Origin: an uncultured bacterium
GTDB taxonomy: Bacteria; Armatimonadota; HRBIN16
Assembly (NCBI GenBank): GCA_964579145.1
Contig: CAZOGB010000002.1
Coordinates: 592-64,591 of the forward strand
Reading direction: 5' to 3'
Length of the DNA stretch: 64,000 nt
The notes under the pieces are model-generated. The model did not search any database. It was given only the letters and a program-made list of their open reading frames with translations, and was not told where the DNA came from. Made by a program: the position numbers and the translations under genes. Below are positions 1 through 8,198 of this stretch, one piece after another (the first letter of the stretch is position 1; every line of letters starts with the position of its first letter).

Positions 1-51
1 CGTTAGAGCGAGAGATATGGTTCCCTCCCCTTCCCACCCTGAAAACGCCGT

Positions 52-2262
52 TTATCGCGCTCCCACGATGCCGACGTCGATGTACTGCCCGCCGGTGGTC
101 TGGCGACAGTGTACCGCAATTGTGTTCTCGCCCTGTTTCAGCGACGCCTTCAGGGCATCAGTGATGATATGCTCCGCGTAGCCGGTGAGAAAGCCTTTGA
201 AGCTCGCTACCAGCCTGCCGTTGACGTAGACCTCCGCGTCCTCATCGTGGTGCACCACCAGCGCGAGGTGTTTAAAATCCACCTCCGACAGATGGAACCG
301 CTTGCGAAGCCAGATGTCGGAGGTGTTCCACACGGTTCGCACCACTGCTCCGGGCGTGCCCGGCGTGCCGAAGCCGCCTTCCCCCTCCGACCATGCGCTG
401 TCGTCATAGTCGGGGCGTGTCCAGCCGTCTCCTGGCTTCTGCAGGGTATAGCGCCACCGCTGTGCGCTGTGCTGTGAGGTAGCCAGTAGTTCCACCCATT
501 GGATGTCCAGCACGCGCGGCGGCTGAGTTTCGTACGCGGCGGGGCGTGCATTGATCGCCTTCAGCAGAGGCGGGTCGTACTTGGGCTGGCGGTCGTAGAA
601 GTACACGCCGTTCTGTTCCTGCTCCACGTCGGTCAGCTGGGTATAGCAGAAGCCGAACATGTTGGGGTTATCCAGCAGAACATCGGTCAGCTCCTTGTAG
701 CGTTTGAGAAACTCCTGCAGGTCGGTTTCGCCATAGCCCCAGCCCTCGCCGGTGGAATGTCCGGTGCGAATGCGCATACCGCCGTACTCGCTCACGAAAT
801 AGGGTTGACCACGATAGGCACTGCGCGGGTCGCCGGGCACGTTATTCCACGCACGGGTTCCCATCTGCTTGAAGGGCTCATACCGTTGCGCAAAGACCTG
901 GGGGTCCTGCGTGTAGTCGTGGCAGTCGTACACGTCTGTTTCGGGTACGAAATGCACGTATCCGCTGGCGTCCAGCCAGGGGCGCGAAGGGTCCATGCTT
1001 TGTGTGGTCGCCAGCAGAATCTGCGCCAGCGCGGAACCCTTACTGCTGTCGGTTTCATTCAACGGACACCAGCCGATGATGCTGGGGTGATTGCGGTCAC
1101 GCTCCAGCACCTCGCGCCATTCCTGTACGGCGTAAGTAACCGCCTCGTAGTCATTCACGTTCAACCCCCACGAGGGGTACTCGCCCCACACGATGTACCC
1201 CAGTTTATCCGCCCAGTAAAGGAAACGTGGCTCGAACACCTTCTGGTGCAAACGCGCCCCGTTAAAGCCAGCCGCCATGGACAGCTCAATGTCCCGGCGC
1301 AGGGCTTCATCGGAGGGTGCGGTGTAGATACCGTCGGGATAGAATCCCTGGTCCAGAACCAGGCGCTGGAAAACCGGTTTACCGTTAATCAGGAAGCGGT
1401 TGCCTTCAATGCTAATCTTGCGCAGACCGAAATAGCTTTTCACGACGTCCACCGGCTTGCCGTTACGCTCTACCGTTATCGTCAGGTCGTACAGGAACGG
1501 CTTACCCGGATGCCACAGTTTGACGGTGGACAGATTGAGCACGCCAATGGTGTTGCGCCAGTTCGCTGGCACCACCTCTTCGCCAACCAGCCTGCCGCCG
1601 GCATATGCTTGCAGACGCACCTTGGTACCCTTCTGTGTGCCATCCACCCAGCCCTGAAAGATTACCCGTCCACCATCGGGGTCGGGGGTCAGCTGGAAGC
1701 TTTTGAGGTAGGTATCCCCCGTCGCTTCCAGCCACACGGTCTGCCAGATGCCTGTGGTGCGGGTGTACACACAGCCGTAAGAATGTCGCTCGTGGCTCTG
1801 TTTTCCTGTTGCCTGCTTGCCGGAGCGCGTTTCATCGATCACATGCACCACCAGTTCGTTGTCGCCCGGGCGCACATGCCGGGTGATGTCAAAACGGAAG
1901 GGCGTATAGCCGCCGCGGTGCTCGCCCAGGAACGTGCCGTTGAGCCATACGCGCGCGTGCCAGTCCACCGCCCCAAAGTGCAGGAACAGGCGTTTCCCTT
2001 TCATGCTGGCGGGCACTCGAAAGTGCCGGCGATACCATACGTGCGTCATGAAGTCGGTGTTGCCGATGCCGGAGAGTTCGCTTTCCGGTGCGAAAGGCAC
2101 CAGAATGCGCTGAGAAAAGCTTTTGCCCGATATCCAGCCCTGTTGTTCGCCGATGCCTTCGTGGTCTATCTCGAACTCCCACTCCCCGTTCAGGTTGAGC
2201 CACAGCTCGCGCTGAAAATCGGGACGCGGATGTTCAGGTCGCGGAATGTTTGTTTGCGCCAT
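52..2262 (-). CDS. glycoside hydrolase family 2 (beta-mannosidase/beta-galactosidase-like), cytoplasmic
   Basis: 754-aa ORF 52..2316 with a GH2-like sugar-binding plus TIM-barrel organisation; start trimmed to the ATG at 2262, preceded by AGGAG with 8-nt spacing; no signal peptide. Confidence 0.7.
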   Translation of the reverse strand: MAQTNIPRPEHPRPDFQRELWLNLNGEWEFEIDHEGIGEQQGWISGKSFSQRILVPFAPESELSGIGNTDFMTHVWYRRHFRVPASMKGKRLFLHFGAVDWHARVWLNGTFLGEHRGGYTPFRFDITRHVRPGDNELVVHVIDETRSGKQATGKQSHERHSYGCVYTRTTGIWQTVWLEATGDTYLKSFQLTPDPDGGRVIFQGWVDGTQKGTKVRLQAYAGGRLVGEEVVPANWRNTIGVLNLSTVKLWHPGKPFLYDLTITVERNGKPVDVVKSYFGLRKISIEGNRFLINGKPVFQRLVLDQGFYPDGIYTAPSDEALRRDIELSMAAGFNGARLHQKVFEPRFLYWADKLGYIVWGEYPSWGLNVNDYEAVTYAVQEWREVLERDRNHPSIIGWCPLNETDSSKGSALAQILLATTQSMDPSRPWLDASGYVHFVPETDVYDCHDYTQDPQVFAQRYEPFKQMGTRAWNNVPGDPRSAYRGQPYFVSEYGGMRIRTGHSTGEGWGYGETDLQEFLKRYKELTDVLLDNPNMFGFCYTQLTDVEQEQNGVYFYDRQPKYDPPLLKAINARPAAYETQPPRVLDIQWVELLATSQHSAQRWRYTLQKPGDGWTRPDYDDSAWSEGEGGFGTPGTPGAVVRTVWNTSDIWLRKRFHLSEVDFKHLALVVHHDEDAEVYVNGRLVASFKGFLTGYAEHIITDALKASLKQGENTIAVHCRQTTGGQYIDVGIVGAR

Positions 2263-2457
2263 CGTGTTTACTCCTACCGTCAGCAAAAGGATCATAACCG
2301 GTACTCTGAAAGCCACTGTGTGACCCTCCGTGTGCCGTTCCGTTGTTAGTTATAATACGGGAGAGGTGTGCTCTATTCCTGTCGACATGAAGAGGAGTAT
2401 CCAACGGGAAATGGAAATATAAGACAACTCTGCGGAAAACCGGAGGGTTCTGGCGCC

Positions 2458-3006
2458 ATGCAAGACGAGATTAAAGAGGCGGTTCGCGATGTGGTAGGCA
2501 TCCTGGATGATTTGAGCAAGGAGATACGCCACCGGGCAGCGGCGCGCGTGGAGGCTCGTGACGACGGCACGGCATCTACGCTGATGGAGTTGGCTCGGCG
2601 GGTAGAGCAGTTTTCCGACAGTATCAGAAGGTGGAAACCAGCACAACAAAAAGACAGCATCAATCCACATCGCCCGGCGAAGGCGATGAAAGGGAAACTG
2701 CCTCGTGGTGTGCGCACCCCAGAGAAGGCTTTTTACCTCCCCATTCTGCAAGCGCTGGTACAACTGGGAGGTGCGGCGCCCGTGCGAAAGGTGCTGAGTC
2801 TGGTGGGCGAGCAGATGAAGGACCAGCTTCGCGACGTTGACTGGCAACCTCTCCAGAAAGACCCGAAAACTCCGCGCTGGGAAAATACGGCGATGTGGGC
2901 ACGCTATAAACTGATACAGCAAGGTCTTCTGCGCAACAACTCCCCGAAAGGCATCTGGGAAATTACTGAGGCGGGGAGACGGTATTTGGAAGAGCATAGT
3001 CAATGA
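2458..3006 (+). CDS. hypothetical protein with a helical N-terminus and a C-terminal Mrr_N-like winged-helix domain
   Basis: C-terminus (LPILQALVQLGG...RWENTAMWARYKLIQQGLL...KGIWEITEAGRRYLEE) matches the restriction-system Mrr N-terminal wHTH pattern; start set to the ATG at 2458 after GGAGGG; its stop overlaps the next gene's start as ATGA (3003-3006). Confidence 0.5.
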   Translation: MQDEIKEAVRDVVGILDDLSKEIRHRAAARVEARDDGTASTLMELARRVEQFSDSIRRWKPAQQKDSINPHRPAKAMKGKLPRGVRTPEKAFYLPILQALVQLGGAAPVRKVLSLVGEQMKDQLRDVDWQPLQKDPKTPRWENTAMWARYKLIQQGLLRNNSPKGIWEITEAGRRYLEEHSQ

Positions 3007-3290
3007 AAGACTATCATAACAACCTGTTCTACAGCGAAGAGGACGTTGGCTATATTGCAGATATTCCTGACCTGCCGGGCTGTTCCGCTTTCGGCGAAAC
3101 CCCGGAAGAGGCTCTGCGCGAGGTGCTTATCGCGAAGCAAGCGTGGCTGGAATCTGCACGCGCGGAAGGCGAGCCAATACCCGCCGCCCCGTTACCGACC
3201 TGTGGTGTATCAGCAGGTGGATTGAACGGCTATCAATCTGCCTCTATCCCATGCCAACGTCGAACCGGTACTCTCCCGAACCGATGTTGA
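3003..3290 (+). CDS. HicB-like antitoxin family protein (UPF0150)
   Basis: N-terminal 60 aa (MKDYHNNLFYSEEDVGYIADIPDLPGCSAFGETPEEALREVLIAKQAWLE) is the classic HicB/UPF0150 signature; the ORF runs to 3290 and overlaps the convergent GH78 3' end, so the true C-terminus is uncertain. Confidence 0.55.
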   Translation: MKDYHNNLFYSEEDVGYIADIPDLPGCSAFGETPEEALREVLIAKQAWLESARAEGEPIPAAPLPTCGVSAGGLNGYQSASIPCQRRTGTLPNRC

Positions 3291-5862
3291 CCACCACAAA
3301 TCCGCGCTCGGCGCCGCGAACCTGTAATCCTTCTGCCTCGTCTAAAGGCTTGCCGCTTTCGGTGACAGCGCCCACATCCACCGCAGGCAGATAGACGGTC
3401 GCGCTGGTGTTGGCGGGAACGGTCACCTTCCAGTGCAGTCGTCCCCCTTCCCTGCACCACTCGCTGAGGATCATTCCGCGTACGGAACGGTAGCTTGCCC
3501 TTGCCCATTCTATGCCCGGCACGAGATGGGGCTTCAGCACGAAATGCCTGAAACCGGGCGTGTTTGCGCAGGGACGTATGCCCGCGATACCGTAGAAAAA
3601 CCACGCATCGAACCCTCCCTGCATGGGATGATTGCAGGAGCGCGGGCCTTCCTGCTGTTCAATCTCAGGCTCGCTCCACCATTCCCACAGCGTGGTTGCA
3701 CCTAACGAGAACAGATATCCGATGCTGGGATAGTCGGTTTGGTGCAGGATAGTCATTGCCACATCCCCATGCCCGTACTCACTCAACGCCCAGAACAGAT
3801 GACGCAGACCCAGAATGCCTGTAGAATGATGCCCGCGATGCCGTTCCATTACATCCCGCGCAAGGCTGTCCGCAACTGCCTGCTCCATCCCCTGCGGCAC
3901 CAGCCCCCATGCCAGCGCGAGCACATCCGCCGTTTGACTGCCATAAGTGCGCTCTTCGGCGTTGAAGAAGCGACGATTGAACGCCTCACGTATCTGCACC
4001 GCAAGCTGTTCAAACGCGCTGGCATCTTCCGTTTTGCCCAGCACCTGCGCCACGCGCTGCATCATGCAGGCATCCAGATAGAAAACCGCGGTGGATGTGA
4101 TGGGAATAGGCGTATTGCCGGGCACCGAGCCGGGCGCACACCAGTCCCCCAGCCCCGCCGACACAATCATGTCCTGCGCGCCGTCCCGCAGGTGTTCCAC
4201 CCACCGTTTCATGGTGTCGTAGTGCTTTTCCAGCACGGCGGTATCGCCGTAGTACACGTAGAGATAGTAGGGTATCTGTACGATAGCCGTTCCCCAGTCT
4301 GGTGACGCCTCACCGATTTTGCGCTTACCGGGCGCCACAAAGGTGGGCAGTCCCTTCTCGGTTAGCGAGGTTTCTATGTCCTCCAGATACTTGCTCCAGA
4401 AAGGCGCCATTTCAAAATTATAGATGGTCATCTCCGCCGAGACGTGCGCGTCGCCCAGCCAGCCACATCGCTCGCGGTGTGGGCAGTCGGTGGGCACGCT
4501 GTGCAGGTTACTCACCTCTGTCCACAGAGCAGTGCGATGGATGCGGTTCAGCATTTCATCAGAGCACTCAAATGTGCCCGCTGGCTGAACAGCGGTGTGC
4601 ACCACCACTCCCTCCAGCATGTCCAGCGTGGGCGTGCCCGGATAGCCTGTCATCTCCACATAGCGGAAGCCGTGATAGGTAAAGCGCGGTTCCCAGACTT
4701 CTACGCCCCTGCCTTTACAGGTGTAACGGTCGGTCTGCACCACATTGGTCGCGAAAACGCCGGTGCTGGCGGGGTCGATGCCGCCATCGGGATGCAGTTC
4801 CTCGGCGAAACGCAGGGTGATGGTCGTGCCTTCGGGAGCCTCCACCTTCAGCCTTGCCCAGCCGGCGAAGTTCTGTCCCATGTCATATACCCACACGCCC
4901 GGCTGTACCTGCCACAGGCTGATGGGCTGAAGTGTTTTTATCCGTTGGATGGGAGGCATCAGCTGGCTTTGCAGTCGCCTGGTCGGGGACGGAATCATCC
5001 GTACGGGCTGACACGCCGAATCGTCAAACGAAGCGGTGCTCCAGCCGGGCACTTCGAGCCGCGCGTCGTACTCTTCGCCAGCGTAGACATTGTTTGTGAG
5101 CACCGGTCCGGGGAAAGTTTTCCACGATCCGTCGGAGCAGATGAGTTCGGTTGTGCCGTCCTCGTACTCCAGAACCATCTGGAAGAGAGCGCACGGAAGC
5201 CCATACGACATTCCACCCCACACCACAGCCTGATGGAACCACCCGTTGCCCAGCATGATGCCCACCGCGTTCTCGCCCGGCGTCAGCAGGTGCGTGATGT
5301 TGTATACCACGTACAGCGTGCGCTGTTCGTAGTCTGTCTGAGCGGGGTCGAGCACATGGTCGCCCACGTGCACGCCGTTCACCCAGAGCTCGTAATAACC
5401 CAGCCCGCATACCAGCGCACGTGCCCGCCTTACCGGTGCACTCACCAGAAACGCTTTGCGGAGCAGAGGAGCCGGTTCCGCCTGCGGCGCCGAAATCCAC
5501 TGCGCCTTCCACTCCTCGGGGTGCAGGATGCCCATCTCCCACCAGGAAATCTCGCTCCACTCGGATGGGTTCCCCAGAGCATCCCACACCTGCACCTTCC
5601 AGTAACATCGCTGAAGCGACTGGAGGGGCTTGCCTGCGTAGGAAATGTGGGTGGTCTGGTCGGTTTCCACCCTGCCCGTGTCCCACAGGTCTCCCTCATC
5701 GCGGGCGAGCAGGTCGGGACTGCTGGCGACCAGAATGCGGTAAGCGGTTTGCCTCTGTGCGCGTTCGCGCGACCACAGCGTCCAGCTCAGGCGCGGCTGT
5801 GGCACATCCACCCCCATCGGGCGCGGCAGATATTCACAGCGAAGGTCCATGGGTATCATCAT
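3244..5862 (-). CDS. alpha-L-rhamnosidase (GH78)
   Basis: About 870 aa with the GH78 N-terminal beta-sandwich and six-hairpin catalytic domain signature; start trimmed to the ATGATG at 5862-5857, 14 nt after the upstream stop. Confidence 0.8.
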   Translation of the reverse strand: MMIPMDLRCEYLPRPMGVDVPQPRLSWTLWSRERAQRQTAYRILVASSPDLLARDEGDLWDTGRVETDQTTHISYAGKPLQSLQRCYWKVQVWDALGNPSEWSEISWWEMGILHPEEWKAQWISAPQAEPAPLLRKAFLVSAPVRRARALVCGLGYYELWVNGVHVGDHVLDPAQTDYEQRTLYVVYNITHLLTPGENAVGIMLGNGWFHQAVVWGGMSYGLPCALFQMVLEYEDGTTELICSDGSWKTFPGPVLTNNVYAGEEYDARLEVPGWSTASFDDSACQPVRMIPSPTRRLQSQLMPPIQRIKTLQPISLWQVQPGVWVYDMGQNFAGWARLKVEAPEGTTITLRFAEELHPDGGIDPASTGVFATNVVQTDRYTCKGRGVEVWEPRFTYHGFRYVEMTGYPGTPTLDMLEGVVVHTAVQPAGTFECSDEMLNRIHRTALWTEVSNLHSVPTDCPHRERCGWLGDAHVSAEMTIYNFEMAPFWSKYLEDIETSLTEKGLPTFVAPGKRKIGEASPDWGTAIVQIPYYLYVYYGDTAVLEKHYDTMKRWVEHLRDGAQDMIVSAGLGDWCAPGSVPGNTPIPITSTAVFYLDACMMQRVAQVLGKTEDASAFEQLAVQIREAFNRRFFNAEERTYGSQTADVLALAWGLVPQGMEQAVADSLARDVMERHRGHHSTGILGLRHLFWALSEYGHGDVAMTILHQTDYPSIGYLFSLGATTLWEWWSEPEIEQQEGPRSCNHPMQGGFDAWFFYGIAGIRPCANTPGFRHFVLKPHLVPGIEWARASYRSVRGMILSEWCREGGRLHWKVTVPANTSATVYLPAVDVGAVTESGKPLDEAEGLQVRGAERGFVVVNIGSGEYRFDVGMG

Positions 5863-5876
5863 GGCGAATGTATTCG

Positions 5877-7001
5877 TCAGTTGCACCAGTAATCCTGCGT
5901 TACAGGACGATTCTGTATCTCCCTCAAAAACGCTTCCGCTTCCTGCACGCTGGCGAACGCCTCTCCAACCGTCAACCACACTCCCTTTCGCCCCACCTGT
6001 TCCAGCACGTCCAGCGCATCCTGAGCGGTCTCTGCCAGCACCTGAACGCTTTTACCGGCACGCAGGCACTGGCGGTATACCTCCACCCATCGCGCCGCCG
6101 GTCCCCTGCCCGCTCCGTATACCCACTGTACGGCATGGAGGTTGGGTAGCTCCAGCAGAAGGGGCAAGTGTTTCAGAGCATCGGGTCCGTCCAGATGGAA
6201 GATGCTACGCTCTAAGGGTTCCATCTCGAACAGGATGTCGGGCAATATCATCTCCCGCGCCATGTCCACCGACACCATGCACCAGAAGTCGCAACTGGGC
6301 ACATAATAGCGTCCCTGATGGTATGCGGTTAGCCACGTCGTGCAACCGAAGCCTGCTTCCGCTATCCGGCGATATGAGCGTTCGAACGCATCCACAAACG
6401 CCTTTGCGACATGCCTGCCCGCCTGAACCACGAGATCTGGGCAGTCGATGAGGTCGGTGCACAGCGCTTGCGGGTCGCGCAGGGCGGCGAGAATATCGTA
6501 ATTGCCGTGCAGGTCAGTAATGCCGACGATGTAGCGACCTTCGCATCGCTGGATGGCATAGTCCGTCATGCGTTCTATCGTTTGCCAGTAGATGTTATCG
6601 AAGTTCGGCGGTGCTTCCAGAATGCGATACCAGTCCTCTGGTTCGTGTACGGCGGGTTTTGACCAGCTCGTGCCCTCCGAGAACTCCAGCTCGCACCCGA
6701 ACAGCGTGGCAGTAGTCTCGGGACCGAGGTTGGGCCAGTACACGGGGAAGCTATCGCCGACGTATTCATGGCATTCCATCCAGGCGATGGCACTCTCTAC
6801 CGCGTACTCCACGTCCATCCACCGTTCGCGCAGAGAGCGATGTTGCTTGACCGGTCCCTGATAGGGGCGCGAGGGTGCCACATACAGAGTGACGGGAGGG
6901 CGGTCAATCACTTCCCCTACCCACCATGCTTCGAACCGTTCCACTGTTTTTTCAAAGTCCGGTTTCCATTCCAGCGTGCGAATCATGAGAGCTTCCTCCA
7001 T
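5877..7001 (-). CDS. uroporphyrinogen decarboxylase (URO-D)-like family protein, paralogue 1
   Basis: URO-D/MtaA-like TIM-barrel family; candidate starts at M83 (7001) or at M88 (6986), the latter overlapping the upstream stop as ATGA; the N-terminal 82 aa of the track ORF are antisense read-through. Confidence 0.6.
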   Translation of the reverse strand: MEEALMIRTLEWKPDFEKTVERFEAWWVGEVIDRPPVTLYVAPSRPYQGPVKQHRSLRERWMDVEYAVESAIAWMECHEYVGDSFPVYWPNLGPETTATLFGCELEFSEGTSWSKPAVHEPEDWYRILEAPPNFDNIYWQTIERMTDYAIQRCEGRYIVGITDLHGNYDILAALRDPQALCTDLIDCPDLVVQAGRHVAKAFVDAFERSYRRIAEAGFGCTTWLTAYHQGRYYVPSCDFWCMVSVDMAREMILPDILFEMEPLERSIFHLDGPDALKHLPLLLELPNLHAVQWVYGAGRGPAARWVEVYRQCLRAGKSVQVLAETAQDALDVLEQVGRKGVWLTVGEAFASVQEAEAFLREIQNRPVTQDYWCN

Positions 7002-8101
7002 CGCCGTGACTGTTTGACCAGTTCGTCTGCCTCTTCGGGCGAGCGTGCCCAGGTGCTTATCAGCACGCCGCGTGTGCCCAGCGCTTCCACCAGCGGCTGT
7101 ACGCTTTCTGGGGGCACGCCCAGCGCCAGTATCCCCTTGCCTGTACGCAGCGCCTTTTGGTACAGAGGATACCAGCACGGGTCGCCTGCATGAGGTTGCC
7201 CGGCGCCTGGCGTCCACTGAATGGCGTTCAGCTTCTTGATACTGCATAGCGCGTCCAGGTGCTTGATCGCGTTCACGCCGTCCAGGTGATAGATGGTGTT
7301 ATCCAGCCGTTCACACTGCTGCTCTAGATACGGCAGGACGAACTCGTTGAACAGCTCAGGGCTGATCATGCACGACATATCGCACTGCAGTTTCGCCGTC
7401 CTTCCGATTCCCCAGATGTTAAATGCCGAGAAGACCGTGCCTCCGTCCCTGTCGCGGATAATCTCGGCGAAGGCGTCATAGTAGTCAAAGTAGCGGGCGA
7501 GGATGTCTCGCTGAAGCCGATGCACGTGTTCGGGATGGTCTACCAGGTCGGTCAGCAGCTCCAGCGTGCCGCGCAGAGACGCCAGAGTATCCAGATTCTC
7601 CACAAAGTCGGGGAAGCTCACCAGCGCTTTGCCCTCGAAATGACGCATCCCCTGGCGCGCCATCTCTGTGTTGATTTTCCAGTACTTTTCTTCGGGGTTG
7701 TACGGCGGTATCTCCGCAGTGGTGATATCGTCAAACACCTTGCCGTACCATACGGTGTTGTGGTCAAAGGTAGGTGGGCTACCAAGATGAATAGCCAGAC
7801 TGCCCGGACCGAGATTGGTATCAAACCAAGGGAAACCGTCACCCCCATGATAAGTATGGGCTATCTGCCACTCGTTGGAGATGATGCGGTATTCGATGTC
7901 CAGCCATTGCTCCTCTGGCGTCGGGTCGGGCTTGGGTGCAGGGACATCCACAACGGGCTTCTCAAGCGGCGCGTATACGATAAGTAGAGGCCCTTCTATC
8001 TCCTCTCGCGCCCACCATGCCATATAGCGAGGTTTCACCTTGTCCCAATCAGGTTTGTACAGCAGCGACACCCCTGTTACCTCCTGTTGTGCTATCCTCA
8101 T
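6983..8101 (-). CDS. uroporphyrinogen decarboxylase (URO-D)-like family protein, paralogue 2
   Basis: Clear paralogue of the downstream gene, sharing motifs such as WWxxE, LGPG, HLDG and QWTPGAG; tandem duplication. Confidence 0.6.
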   Translation of the reverse strand: MRIAQQEVTGVSLLYKPDWDKVKPRYMAWWAREEIEGPLLIVYAPLEKPVVDVPAPKPDPTPEEQWLDIEYRIISNEWQIAHTYHGGDGFPWFDTNLGPGSLAIHLGSPPTFDHNTVWYGKVFDDITTAEIPPYNPEEKYWKINTEMARQGMRHFEGKALVSFPDFVENLDTLASLRGTLELLTDLVDHPEHVHRLQRDILARYFDYYDAFAEIIRDRDGGTVFSAFNIWGIGRTAKLQCDMSCMISPELFNEFVLPYLEQQCERLDNTIYHLDGVNAIKHLDALCSIKKLNAIQWTPGAGQPHAGDPCWYPLYQKALRTGKGILALGVPPESVQPLVEALGTRGVLISTWARSPEEADELVKQSRRWRKLS

Positions 8102-8198
8102 TTTCTGTAAGGGAACGAACGTTTCCTTGCGTCAGGCAGGGTTTTGCCGTCTGCAGGTTTAACCTGATAACCAGCATACGCGAGCGAGGGGGTAAGCG

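Noticed and set aside
499-2349. 616-aa plus-strand ORF opposite the GH2 gene, and similar long antisense ORFs (4444-5892 +, 19618-20850 +, 25771-27612 -, 31728-32687 +, 43653-45947 + 764 aa, 47718-48818 -, 59491-61722 + 743 aa)
   Set aside because: These are typical stop-codon-poor shadow frames of high-GC coding DNA. Their proteins are Arg/Ala/Gly/His-rich low-complexity sequences with no motifs, and each is fully covered by a well-supported gene on the other strand
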